Shown: piece by piece, positions 18,518-27,676 of the stretch
Layout: every line of letters starts with the position of its first letter
How positions within the stretch are numbered: position 1 is the first letter of the stretch
Assembly (NCBI GenBank): GCA_051251855.1
Contig: JBPOGI010000001.1
Location: 128,001 to 192,000 of the forward strand
Direction of reading: 5' to 3'
DNA: 64,000 nucleotides
Source of the DNA: Roseibacillus sp.
GTDB lineage: Bacteria > Verrucomicrobiota > Verrucomicrobiia > Verrucomicrobiales > Akkermansiaceae
The notes under the pieces: generated by a model
The model's input: only the letters and a program-made list of their open reading frames with translations
Told to the model about the DNA's origin: nothing
Databases searched by the model: none
Position numbers and translations under genes: made by a program

Positions 18518-19930
18518 ATGGAAAACGGAAAAAAAGAGACCTTTTCGATTCAAATACTTCAACTGGTCGATGCTGCACTCATTGGTGCGTCCTTTTGGAT
18601 TGCCTCTCTACTTCGCGATCCGTTTCGAGAGGTCGCTGGCTTGGGGGAATTGAAGGCATCTCAAGGAGGTCTGAGCGATCTGACGTGGGTGCTTTTCATT
18701 GTGGTTCCTTTTCTTCCTATTGTCCTTGAGATTTTTGGGTTCTATCGGAACCCCTTACGAAAGCGCCTAGGGACTTCGTTTGTTCAGCTTCTACAGGCGC
18801 TGGTCGTGGTTTGTCTAATAGTGGGATTGTTAGTGATTTTTTGGAAAATTTCGGTAGCGAGTCGATGGATTTTGGGCGCAGGGATTCCCATTACTGTGGT
18901 GTTCCTGCTTTTGCGGGAGGCGGCGACGAGGAGTATTGTGCTTCATGCCGTGCGAGCTGAGGATGCGAAGGAGGCTGTCATTATCTCTGGAGGTGAGGCT
19001 GAGATCGTTGAATTTTTGGAGGAGACTTCGGAAGAAGTTCAGGCAGGATGGAAGATTGTGGATCGGATTGATTTGAGGGAGGTGTCGGTGGATGATTTTG
19101 AGGCGAAAATCAAGGCTGCTTCTGTGGGGAGGGTGCTCTTTCTGGCAAGGCATACCGAGTTTGGGCAGTTGGCGAAGGCGATTGAGGTCTGCGAGCTGCA
19201 GGGGGTCGAGGCTTGGATTTCGGCTGGGTTCATTCGAACTCAGATTGCCCGGCCTGATTTCGATTTGTTGGGAGGTAAGCCAATGTTGGTGTTGCGCTCG
19301 ACGCCTGAACTTTCTTGGGCGCTGCTGGCGAAGTCTGTTTTTGATCGACTGGGAGCGACTGTGATTATTCTGGCGAGCTCGGTTCTGTGGATTGTTGCTG
19401 CGATTGGGATTAAGATTAAGAGTCCCTCAGGGCCGGTTTTATTTAAACAGAAGAGGGCTGGGCGCTATGGTAAGCCTTTCATGATGTATAAATTCCGGAC
19501 AATGGTGCCGGATGCGGAGGCTCGTCTTGCGGATGTGAAGAAGGAGGTGGGGAATGATATGAGTGGCCCGGTCTTTAAGGTGGAAAATGACCCGCGGATT
19601 TTTTCTTTCGGAACTTGGTTACGAAAGACAAGCATTGATGAGTTGCCGCAGCTACTCAATGTCTTAAAGGGGGATATGAGCTTGGTGGGTCCGAGACCGT
19701 TGCCTCTCTATGAGGTCGATAAGTTTGAGCGAATGGAGCATCGTCGTCGCTTGAGTGTGCGCCCCGGTATTACCTGCACTTGGCAAGCAGGTGGTCGGAA
19801 TCAGATTACAAAATTCGATGACTGGGTGAAGATGGATCTCGACTACATCGACAATTGGTCGTTGTGGACGGATTTCAAAATTCTTCTCAAGACCATTCCT
19901 GCCGTTCTTTTCAGTAAGGGTGCGAAATAG
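18518..19930 (+). CDS. Polyprenyl glycosylphosphotransferase (WcaJ/WbaP-type initiating sugar transferase)
   Basis: 'FKQKRAG..GKPF.MYKFRTM', 'DPRI...G..LRKTSIDELPQLLNVLKGDMSLVGPRP', 'PGITCTWQ', 'DLDYIDNWSLWTD'. Confidence 0.93.
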   Translation: MENGKKETFSIQILQLVDAALIGASFWIASLLRDPFREVAGLGELKASQGGLSDLTWVLFIVVPFLPIVLEIFGFYRNPLRKRLGTSFVQLLQALVVVCLIVGLLVIFWKISVASRWILGAGIPITVVFLLLREAATRSIVLHAVRAEDAKEAVIISGGEAEIVEFLEETSEEVQAGWKIVDRIDLREVSVDDFEAKIKAASVGRVLFLARHTEFGQLAKAIEVCELQGVEAWISAGFIRTQIARPDFDLLGGKPMLVLRSTPELSWALLAKSVFDRLGATVIILASSVLWIVAAIGIKIKSPSGPVLFKQKRAGRYGKPFMMYKFRTMVPDAEARLADVKKEVGNDMSGPVFKVENDPRIFSFGTWLRKTSIDELPQLLNVLKGDMSLVGPRPLPLYEVDKFERMEHRRRLSVRPGITCTWQAGGRNQITKFDDWVKMDLDYIDNWSLWTDFKILLKTIPAVLFSKGAK

Positions 19931-19996
19931 GGCAAAGTTGTTTCGCTCAATGATTGTCAATCGTTACCGTTTCGCCACACTTGCGCGCTGACACCC

Positions 19997-20944
19997 ATGA
20001 AGTTAATTTCAGGAACCGCTCACGAAGAGCTTTCGAAAGGAATCGCCCGTTTTTTGGGGCAGGAACTTGTTGATGTGAAGGTGGACTCTTTTCCTGATGG
20101 GGAGACGTTCGTGAAGATAAACGAGAATATTCGGGGGGAGGATCTTTTCATCATTCAGCCGACGTGCCCTCCGACCAATCACAACCTTATGGAGTTGTTG
20201 ATTACGGTAGATGCGGCGCGAAGGGCAAGTGCGGGTAATATTACGGCGGTAATTCCGTTTTTTGGCTATGCGCGGCAGGATCGGAAGGATCAGCCCCGAG
20301 TGCCCATTACGGCTAAGTTGGTGGCTAATCTTTTGACGGCAGCGGGCGTCCAGAGGGTGGTGACGATGGATTTGCATGCAGCGCAGATTCAGGGCTTCTT
20401 TGATATTCCGGTGGATCATCTTTATGCGAAGCGGGCGCTCATTGGGGCGGTTCGAGAGCATCGCAAGGGGTTGGCCCCAGAGTCTTTGACGGTGGTTTCT
20501 CCTGATGTGGGGGGGGTGAAGATTGCGCGTGCGTATTCGGATCTGCTGGGAGCGGGCTTGGCGATTGTGGCGAAGCATCGCGTGAGTGCGACTGAGGTTG
20601 AGGCCATGAATTTGATAGGAACCGTTGAGGGGCAGGACGTGCTCATAGTCGATGATATGACGGAAACGGCAGGGACTCTCTGCGCGGCGGCGAAAATCGT
20701 GGCTGCGAATGGCGCACGGCGCATTTTTGCCGGTGTTTCTCACGCTGTTTTGGGCGATTTAGGGCGTAAGCGGATTGAAGAATCAGCGATTGAGAAGCTT
20801 CTGACGACGAACTCTACTCCGGTCGCAAATGAGGGAAAAGTGGAGGTTGTCGATCTCTCCGCACTCTTTGGAGAGGCCATTATGTGCATTCATGAGGGAA
20901 AATCAGTCAGTTCTCTCTTTGACATCAAGGGCCCAGAGGTGTAA
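19997..20944 (+). CDS. prs: Ribose-phosphate pyrophosphokinase
   Basis: 'FPDGE', 'GYARQDRK', 'DLHAAQIQGFF', 'VSPDVGG', 'VDDMTETAGTL'. Confidence 0.97.
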   Translation: MKLISGTAHEELSKGIARFLGQELVDVKVDSFPDGETFVKINENIRGEDLFIIQPTCPPTNHNLMELLITVDAARRASAGNITAVIPFFGYARQDRKDQPRVPITAKLVANLLTAAGVQRVVTMDLHAAQIQGFFDIPVDHLYAKRALIGAVREHRKGLAPESLTVVSPDVGGVKIARAYSDLLGAGLAIVAKHRVSATEVEAMNLIGTVEGQDVLIVDDMTETAGTLCAAAKIVAANGARRIFAGVSHAVLGDLGRKRIEESAIEKLLTTNSTPVANEGKVEVVDLSALFGEAIMCIHEGKSVSSLFDIKGPEV

Positions 20945-21016
20945 TCACCGCCGCCCTAGCGCGATTAAAGTTCGATGAACCCATCTCACGCTCCCAATTT
21001 TTAACATCAAGAAGCC

Positions 21017-21658
21017 ATGGCAAAGACCGCAACACTGAAAGCAGAAGAACGCAAACGGACTGGTTCCGGACTCCTCAAGCAAATGCGCAAGGAGGGATGG
21101 GTTCCTTCCGTCGTTTACGGCGGAACAGAAGAAAATCACAATGTGAAGATTAACGCGAAGGCGTTCCGCGAGCTTCTCGCTGCGAGTGCTTCAGACAGTT
21201 TCCTTGTGAATCTTGAACTCGATAGCGGCAAAAGCCAATTGGCCTTTGTTCAAGACATTCAGCACGATGCCCTTTCCTCAACAATTGTTCATGCTGACTT
21301 CCTTGCTGTGAGCGCTACTACTGAGATTAATGCTCACTTGCCAGTAATTCTTTCTGGTGAGCCTGCTGGCGCGAAGGTTGGTGGTATTTTGGAGCAGCAG
21401 TTGCACGGTCTCGACGTGTCCTGTTTGCCGAAAGACTTGCCTGAGACTCTGCAAGCTGATGTGTCACACATGGACATTGGAGACATGCTTCAAGTGAAGG
21501 ATTTGGTCCTTCCTGAGGGAGTCGTTGCAGGTATCGCTGGTGACGTAAACATCGCAACGGTTGCTATCACTCGTGTTGCTAAGAGTGAAGGCGTCGAAGG
21601 AGAAGAAGGTGAAGAAGGCGCTGAGGGCGAAGCGGCTCCAGCTGCCGCTGCTGAGTAA
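21017..21658 (+). CDS. rplY: 50S ribosomal protein L25 / general stress protein Ctc
   Basis: 'RKEGWVPSVVYG', 'HADF', 'GGILEQ', acidic tail; prs-rplY-pth synteny. Confidence 0.95.
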   Translation: MAKTATLKAEERKRTGSGLLKQMRKEGWVPSVVYGGTEENHNVKINAKAFRELLAASASDSFLVNLELDSGKSQLAFVQDIQHDALSSTIVHADFLAVSATTEINAHLPVILSGEPAGAKVGGILEQQLHGLDVSCLPKDLPETLQADVSHMDIGDMLQVKDLVLPEGVVAGIAGDVNIATVAITRVAKSEGVEGEEGEEGAEGEAAPAAAAE

Positions 21659-21681
21659 GAGTCTCCTGATTTCTAATTTTG

Positions 21682-21713
21682 AAAAGACCCGTCTCAATCG
21701 AGACGGGTTTTTT
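21682..21713 (+). terminator. Rho-independent terminator after rplY
   Basis: ACCCGTCTC-AATC-GAGACGGGT hairpin followed by a T-run. Confidence 0.85.
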
Positions 21714-21752
21714 ATTTGTCTCGATCGTGAATCGAGAGAATAAGGAGCGTCT

Positions 21753-22391
21753 GTGAGCGAATTGAAATTGATCGTCGGCTTAGGGAATCCTGGTCGCGAA
21801 TACGAAGGCACCAGACATAATATCGGTTTCGAGGTGTTAGACCTTTGGGCTCACGAAAAGCGGGTTGAATTCGAGGTTCAGCGCAAATGGGAGGGTGAGG
21901 TGGCTAAGGCAGGAAGTGTGACTGCACTCAAACCGATGACCTTTATGAATTTGAGCGGTCGCTCGGTGGCCAGCTTGGCGCGATTCTATCGCTGGACTCC
22001 GGAACAGATTCTGGTGGTTTATGATGATGTTTCTTTGCCGGTGGGGACCTTACGGTTTCGTGCCAATGGAGGAGATGGTGGACACAATGGAATCAAGTCT
22101 TTGATCGCCTGTTTGGGTTCCAAAGAGTTCCCGCGATTGAAAGTGGGAGTCGGTTCGGCGGGGCCGGGATCACTTGTGGGACACGTGTTAGGCAAATTTG
22201 CACCAAATGAACGCGAAGAAGTGCAAAACACGCTTGCAAGAGCGGTGCTAGCCGTTCAGCTTGCCGCTTCGGCTGGCGTGACGAGCGCAGCTAATGAATT
22301 TAACGTTAAAAACAAAACGAAGCAAGAGCACCCGAGCAACGATGAGCAGGAAATACGAAGGTCTGATAGTGTTGAACACAAAGGGGAATGA
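21753..22391 (+). CDS. pth: Peptidyl-tRNA hydrolase
   Basis: 'LIVGLGNPG..Y..TRHNIGF', 'KPMTFMNLSG', 'GGHNGIKS', 'RLKVGVG'. Confidence 0.96.
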   Translation: MSELKLIVGLGNPGREYEGTRHNIGFEVLDLWAHEKRVEFEVQRKWEGEVAKAGSVTALKPMTFMNLSGRSVASLARFYRWTPEQILVVYDDVSLPVGTLRFRANGGDGGHNGIKSLIACLGSKEFPRLKVGVGSAGPGSLVGHVLGKFAPNEREEVQNTLARAVLAVQLAASAGVTSAANEFNVKNKTKQEHPSNDEQEIRRSDSVEHKGE

Positions 22392-22629
22392 TAAGGGCGT
22401 AGACGACCTTGTCAGTAATGTGGGCAAAGAGATGGAAGCAGCAGGAGCCAAACTGGATGAGATCCAGCAATTGGGTCGACGTCAGTTCGCGTATAATGCG
22501 CGCGATCTTGATGGGGGGCATTACGTGAACTATGTCTTTGAGGCCTCTCCCGAGGTTATTCTTAAGATTCAGGAGCGTTTGAAGCTGAATGATGTTGTGC
22601 ATCTTCAGCATTACCAGCGTCTCTCCTAG
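22342..22629 (+). CDS. rpsF: 30S ribosomal protein S6
   Basis: 'MSRKYEGLIVL', 'GRRQFAY', 'GHYV', 95 aa; position between pth and ssb. Confidence 0.9.
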   Translation: MSRKYEGLIVLNTKGNDKGVDDLVSNVGKEMEAAGAKLDEIQQLGRRQFAYNARDLDGGHYVNYVFEASPEVILKIQERLKLNDVVHLQHYQRLS

Positions 22630-22700
22630 TCTTCCCTCGCGGGTGAAAATTGATTTTGCTCTTGTGCATGCGAACAGTGTGTCGATAGCATCCTCCAATC

Positions 22701-23201
22701 ATGGCAAATTTAAACAAAGTCTATTTGATGGGTCGCCTAACGCGGGACCCAGAACTCCGTTATACTCCCAAGGGGACTGCGGTGGCTGACATTGCAATGG
22801 CGATCAATCGCTATCGTGGTGGCGGTGATGGTGGAGAGAGAACCGAGGAGACGACCTTTGTGGACGTGACTCTTTGGGGGCGCCAAGCGGAGACCGCGAA
22901 TCAATATTTAGCCAAAGGGCGCGAAGTCTTCATCGAGGGCCGACTCCAGTTGGACTCGTGGGAAGATAAAGCTTCTGGCCAAAAGCGCAGTAAGCTGAAG
23001 GTGGTTGGCGAGTCGATGCAGTTTGTTGGTGGCCCTGGTGGCGGCGGACAAGGCGGCGGAGGAGGAGCCCAAGGCGGCGGAGGATATCAATCCGAGGGCA
23101 GCGGTGCTCCACAGCAACAGCAAGCTCCACCACAAGAGAGTGCACCACCGCAGAGTTCGGGTGGTGGCTTTGATGAGGAAGAGGACGATATTCCATTTTA
23201 G
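22701..23201 (+). CDS. ssb: Single-stranded DNA-binding protein
   Basis: 'NKVYLMGRLTRDPELRYT', Gly-rich linker, 'DDIPF' tail. Confidence 0.97.
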   Translation: MANLNKVYLMGRLTRDPELRYTPKGTAVADIAMAINRYRGGGDGGERTEETTFVDVTLWGRQAETANQYLAKGREVFIEGRLQLDSWEDKASGQKRSKLKVVGESMQFVGGPGGGGQGGGGGAQGGGGYQSEGSGAPQQQQAPPQESAPPQSSGGGFDEEEDDIPF

Positions 23202-23227
23202 GAATGTCGCTTGACTCAGAATTTTTG

Positions 23228-23257
23228 AAAGGCTCGCTGATTCAGCGGGCCTTTTTT
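23228..23257. terminator. Rho-independent (probably bidirectional) terminator between convergent ssb and rlmN
   Basis: AAAGGCTCGCTGA-T-TCAGCGGGCCTTTTTT hairpin. Confidence 0.8.
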
Positions 23258-23309
23258 GTGGGGCCTTTTTGTGGGGCCAATAGGCGGGGGTCTTGGGGCT
23301 TGGGGGGGA

Positions 23310-24374
23310 TTATGCTTCCTTGAGTTCTTCTCGGAGGCGGAGTTGTCCGCAAGCGGCGTCAATGTCGTGACCCTTTTCGAGGCGAAGGGTGGCTGGGACA
23401 TCGAATTTGGAGAGAATGTTTCGGAAGGCGCGGCAATGGTCTTCGGAGGGGCGTTCCCATTCGAGGCCTTCGACGGTGTTGTAAGGAATGAGGTTGACGA
23501 AGGCTCCCACGCTCTTGGCTCGTTTGGCGAGGATGCGTGCTTGCTCAAGGTCGTCGTTGACTCCTTTGATGAGGATGTATTCGAGGGTGAGGCGTTGCTT
23601 TTTCTTTGAAATCCAATAGCGAAGAGCGTCGAAAAGCTCATCGAGGCCCCAGCGGTCGTTGACTGGCATGATTTTCGAGCGCACTTCGTCGGTGGCTCCA
23701 TGAAGAGAGATGGCTAGCCTGATTTGACGAGGGTGGTCGGCAAGTTTTTTGATTTGTGGGACGAGACCCGAGGTCGAGATAGTGAGGTGGCGAGAGCCGA
23801 TGTGAAGGCCTTCCTGCGAGGTGATGAGGTCGATGGCCTTGAGGAGATTTGGGAGGTTGGCGAGAGGTTCGCCCATGCCCATGAAGACCAGGTTGTTGAC
23901 TCGGGTGTCAGCCAGTTCTTCGGCGAGAAGGATTTGGGAGACGATTTCGTCGGTGGTCAGGTTTCGGGTCAATCCGAGGAGGCCAGAGGCGCAGAATTTG
24001 CAAGCAAAGGCGCAGCCGACTTGGGAAGAGACGCAAAGGGTGAGTCGGTCGGATTTGTTGCCGTAAAGGCCTACCGAGGCAGGAATGAGCACGCATTCGA
24101 CGAAGCGGCCGTCGTTGAGCTTGAGTAGGAGTTTGCGGGTGGTGTCTTCAGAGCCTTGGGCCTGAGCAACGGTGGGGACGCTGAGTTGGTAGCTGTTCTT
24201 GAGGGTCTCACGCAGGTCAGCAGGCAGGTTGGACATCTCGTCGATGCTGGAAACGCGCTTCTTCCAAAGCCAATCTAGAACCTGGGTACTGCGATAAGCC
24301 GGTTGACCGAGTTCCTGAAAGGATTTTGAGAATTCGTCCGGGGTGAGGGAACGGAGGTTGGGTTTTTCTGCCAC
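23310..24374 (-). CDS. rlmN: 23S rRNA m2A2503 / tRNA A37 radical-SAM methyltransferase
   Basis: 'SSQVGCAFACKFCASG', 'FMGMGEP', 'DIDAACGQL'. Confidence 0.95.
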   Translation of the reverse strand: MAEKPNLRSLTPDEFSKSFQELGQPAYRSTQVLDWLWKKRVSSIDEMSNLPADLRETLKNSYQLSVPTVAQAQGSEDTTRKLLLKLNDGRFVECVLIPASVGLYGNKSDRLTLCVSSQVGCAFACKFCASGLLGLTRNLTTDEIVSQILLAEELADTRVNNLVFMGMGEPLANLPNLLKAIDLITSQEGLHIGSRHLTISTSGLVPQIKKLADHPRQIRLAISLHGATDEVRSKIMPVNDRWGLDELFDALRYWISKKKQRLTLEYILIKGVNDDLEQARILAKRAKSVGAFVNLIPYNTVEGLEWERPSEDHCRAFRNILSKFDVPATLRLEKGHDIDAACGQLRLREELKEA

Positions 24375-24528
24375 GAGGGGAGACTCTTTGGTGAATTGGG
24401 TAAAATCAAGTTCTGGGTCTGAATTTTCCCTGAAGAAAGGGACTTTTATGGTAATTGGCCCAAAAGGAGACTCGATTTCTCTTGCGCGGGTGGGGCTGTC
24501 GTTTTAGACCCCTCTCACTCTAAACGAT

Positions 24529-24837
24529 ATGGGCCAGCAGCATAGAAAAGTTATCAAGCGTCGCCGCCGGAAGGATTACCTGAAGCGGAAAAAGGAACTA
24601 GCGAAGACCAATCAGGTTCTTTCCAAGAAGTCCGAAAAGCCAGCGGCCAAGAAGGCGGCTAAGAAAGCAGCAAAAAAGGCCGCTAAGAAAGTCGCCAAGA
24701 AGGTGGCAAAACCTGCGGCTGAAAAGGCTGCTCCCGAGGCTGTCGAAGAAACTAAGGTTGAAGAAGCCAAAGTGGAAGAGACTCCCAAGGCCGAGGAACC
24801 CAAAGCTGAGGAGAAATCCGAAGACGCTGCGGAGTAA
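24529..24837 (+). CDS. Small basic protein with histone H1-like (P)AAKK repeats and acidic tail
   Basis: 'KRRRRKDYLKRKK', 'PAAKKAAKKAAKKAAKKVAKKVAK'; has its own terminator. Confidence 0.75.
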   Translation: MGQQHRKVIKRRRRKDYLKRKKELAKTNQVLSKKSEKPAAKKAAKKAAKKAAKKVAKKVAKPAAEKAAPEAVEETKVEEAKVEETPKAEEPKAEEKSEDAAE

Positions 24838-24862
24838 TCAGCCACTCAATTCTATTTATTCG

Positions 24863-24890
24863 AAAGGCGACCCTGTGGTCGCCTTTTTTT
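24863..24890. terminator. Rho-independent terminator
   Basis: AAAGGCGACC-CTGT-GGTCGCCTTTTTTT. Confidence 0.85.
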
Positions 24891-24909
24891 GTGCGTGGGT
24901 GATCCCGCT

Positions 24910-25830
24910 CTAGGCCCGGCCTGCGCGCATGGCAGCCAAGGGTTCGGTGCCGGGGTACCAATATTCGAAGGAAAGGGCTCCTTGATGCAGGAGGAGAGAG
25001 AGTCCATTGGCGACGCGTGCCCCGTTCGCTTCTCCAAAGCGCAGGAACTTGGTGCGGGCGGGTTGGTAAATGGTGTCGTAGATGAGGTGGTGGGGTTGGA
25101 GGCAGCTGCTGGGAATGGGAGCGGGGTCAGTGGCTTTGAGGCCGAGGGAGGTGGTCTGAACAAGGAGGTCGCAATTTCCAGCCACTTCGGCGAGGTGGGG
25201 GGAGTCGATGGCGTAGGTCGAGAGGCGCTCGCCGGGCCCGTCGAGCTTTTCGGATTCGAAGTAGGGTTGGAGTTTCTCCGAGAGGCTCGTGAGCTTGTCG
25301 ACGGAACGGTTCACGAGGATGAGTTGCTCACAACCTTCGCGGGCGCATTGGGTGGCAAGGGCTTGGCCGGCGCCGCCTCCAGCTCCCACGATCATGATGC
25401 GGAGGTCGCGGATATCGACGGAAAATTCCTCCCGAATGGCGCGCACGAAGCCAGGGCCGTCGGTATTGAAGCCGAGGGTCTCTTCGCCTTCCCCGAAGAG
25501 GATGGTGTTGACCGCTCCCAAAGCTTCCGCGGCGGGGTCGAGGTCGGTGCAGGTGGAAAGGGCTTCGAATTTATGAGGGACGGTGACGTTGGTGCCGATA
25601 AAGCCGAGCTCGCGCATTTTGGAGAATGCGGTAGGGAGTTGTCCGGGCTCGAGTTCTAAACGAATGTAGCGGGCATCGATGTCGAGAGCATCGAGAGCGG
25701 GCTGGTGAAGCTGAGGTGACTGAGAATGAGCGACGGGATGACCGATGACCGCTAACTTGGCTGGTTTGGCCCCTGCGGGATTCAGAGCGGCGGTATCATC
25801 TAGGTCAGTCAAGGTGTAGACGTCTTTCAT
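24910..25830 (-). CDS. aroE: Shikimate dehydrogenase
   Basis: 'GHPVAHSQSP', 'NVTVPHK', 'GAVNT', 'NTDGPGF', 'GAGGGAG', 'NGLSLLLHQG'. Confidence 0.93.
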   Translation of the reverse strand: MKDVYTLTDLDDTAALNPAGAKPAKLAVIGHPVAHSQSPQLHQPALDALDIDARYIRLELEPGQLPTAFSKMRELGFIGTNVTVPHKFEALSTCTDLDPAAEALGAVNTILFGEGEETLGFNTDGPGFVRAIREEFSVDIRDLRIMIVGAGGGAGQALATQCAREGCEQLILVNRSVDKLTSLSEKLQPYFESEKLDGPGERLSTYAIDSPHLAEVAGNCDLLVQTTSLGLKATDPAPIPSSCLQPHHLIYDTIYQPARTKFLRFGEANGARVANGLSLLLHQGALSFEYWYPGTEPLAAMRAGRA

Positions 25831-25914
25831 TCGGGAGAAGGATAGCTCGCTATCGACGATTGACCAGTCACGAAGAGTGCTGGACGCAAGGAAAGCGGGG
25901 GCTAGGTTTTTGAC

Positions 25915-26376
25915 ATGTCAGCTGAAGAAAAACTCGCCGAACTTGGAATTACTCTGCCCGAAGTTGCTACTCCCGTCGCCAGCTATGTGAATGCGGTGCG
26001 CACGGGGAACTTGTTGTTTATTTCTGGCGGCTTGCCGGACCTCTCCAATGAGGGTTTTAAAGGGCAGGTTCCGACTCAGGTTTCTCCTGAAGTTGCGAAA
26101 GAGGCGGCTCGTGATTCGGTGCTAGGTCGCTTGGCGGTGATTCAGAAGGAACTCGGTTCTCTCGACAAGGTGACGCGCGTGGTTTCGGTGCAGGGCTTTG
26201 TGAATGCGGCTTCGGACTACGGTGATGTTCCGCAAGTGATCAATGGGGCGTCGGATACTCTCGTGGAAGTCTTCGGTCCTGAAATTGGTTCACACTCTCG
26301 CGCTGCGGTGGGAGTGGCGAGTTTGCCACTTAATGTCTGTGTTGAGGTGGCCTTGGTGGTGGAAGTGGCGAAGTAG
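25915..26376 (+). CDS. RidA/YjgF/UK114 family protein
   Basis: 'PVASYV..VRTGNLLFISG', 'NGASD', 'HSRAAVGVASLP'. Confidence 0.9.
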   Translation: MSAEEKLAELGITLPEVATPVASYVNAVRTGNLLFISGGLPDLSNEGFKGQVPTQVSPEVAKEAARDSVLGRLAVIQKELGSLDKVTRVVSVQGFVNAASDYGDVPQVINGASDTLVEVFGPEIGSHSRAAVGVASLPLNVCVEVALVVEVAK

Positions 26377-26415
26377 ATTCAGCGTTCGACGACTGAAGTC
26401 GACGTTCCTTTGAGG

Positions 26416-27549
26416 CTAGGGTTTGAGCGCACGCACGAGTTTTTCCAGGCCTTCTTGTACCCTGTAGGTGGGGCAGCCGTAGTTGAAGCGGACGCACTTG
26501 GGGGAGCCGAAGAAGGCGCCGTCGGAGAGGTAGAGTTTTTCTTTTTCTTCGGCAACCTTGGCGGGGTTGGCGTGGGGGAGAGCTTGGCAATCGATCCAGG
26601 CGAGGTAGGTGGCTTCGATTTCGGGGACAACCACTTGGGGGAGTTGGTCGGCGAGGTAGGAGGTGAGGTAGTTGCGGTTCTTTCGCAGGGTGGAAATCAG
26701 TTCCTCTCGCCAGGGTTCACCGTATTGATAGGCGGCTTCGGCAGCGTAGTAAGCGAGGCCGTTAATTTCGGTGAGGGTGTGGCCTTTGGCGGATTGAAAA
26801 CGACGGCGGACGGAGTCGTCGGGAATGACGGCGTAGGCGTAACCGAGTCCAGCGATGTTGTAGGTCTTGGAGGGCGAAAGAAGGGTGATGGTGTTCTTGC
26901 GAAGTTCCTCGGGAAGGTTGAGGGCGGAGAAGTGGGGGGTCTCTTCTTCGTCGAGAATGAGGTCGCAGTGAATTTCGTCGGAGACGAGGAGGATGTTGAG
27001 TTTTTGGCAGAAGGTGGCGAGCTTGATCATTTCGCGCTCGGTGAGAACGCGGCCGAGAGGATTCTGGGGGTTAGAAAGAATGAAGACGCGGGTGTCCGGG
27101 CGGACAGAAGCGACCATTTTTTCCCAGTCAAAAGTCCAGACGCCCTCGACTTGGACGTGTTCGACTTGGACGAGGTCGGTTTTGCTATCGTGGTGAACGC
27201 CGAGGAAAGGTGGGTAGACGGGGGCGCAGGTCATGAGCGATTCACCGGGCTTGGCGAAGGCGCGGCCGGCCATCGAGAGGGCGGGAACGAGGCCGCCAAG
27301 GTGAACGATTTCCTCTTCCTTGGCGGTGTATCCGATGCGATTGGCGAGATACTCCTGTAAGGTGGTGACGAGGGCGGGGTGGGGCACGGCATAGCCAAAG
27401 ACACCGTGGCTGACGCGGTCTTGGAGGGCGGCGATGACTTCGGGCGGGCTTTGGAAGTCCATGTCGGCGACCCAGAAGGGGTCGAGGTCAGAGCGGCGGT
27501 CCCACTTAAGGGAACCGGTATTGCGACGGTCAGCAACAGGAGTTAGCAT
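26416..27549 (-). CDS. PatB/MalY family PLP-dependent C-S lyase (cystathionine beta-lyase)
   Basis: 'WVADMDF', 'GVFGY', 'NPQNPLG', 'SDEIHCD', 'SPSKTYNIAGL'. Confidence 0.92.
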   Translation of the reverse strand: MLTPVADRRNTGSLKWDRRSDLDPFWVADMDFQSPPEVIAALQDRVSHGVFGYAVPHPALVTTLQEYLANRIGYTAKEEEIVHLGGLVPALSMAGRAFAKPGESLMTCAPVYPPFLGVHHDSKTDLVQVEHVQVEGVWTFDWEKMVASVRPDTRVFILSNPQNPLGRVLTEREMIKLATFCQKLNILLVSDEIHCDLILDEEETPHFSALNLPEELRKNTITLLSPSKTYNIAGLGYAYAVIPDDSVRRRFQSAKGHTLTEINGLAYYAAEAAYQYGEPWREELISTLRKNRNYLTSYLADQLPQVVVPEIEATYLAWIDCQALPHANPAKVAEEKEKLYLSDGAFFGSPKCVRFNYGCPTYRVQEGLEKLVRALKP

Positions 27550-27676
27550 GCCCTTGTGATGCCCTCGCTCGCTGGCTCACGAAAGGAAAAATTTCGATTG
27601 CTTGTCTGGGCTGGCGCAACTTCGGCATCATGGGCTTGCCTTTGGGGCTTTATCTCGCAAACTCTTAGCAGATTTA

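Noticed and set aside
23247..23278. Short direct duplication GGGCCTTTTT(T)GTG next to the ssb terminator
   Set aside because: Only about two units; most likely local slippage with no mobile element attached.
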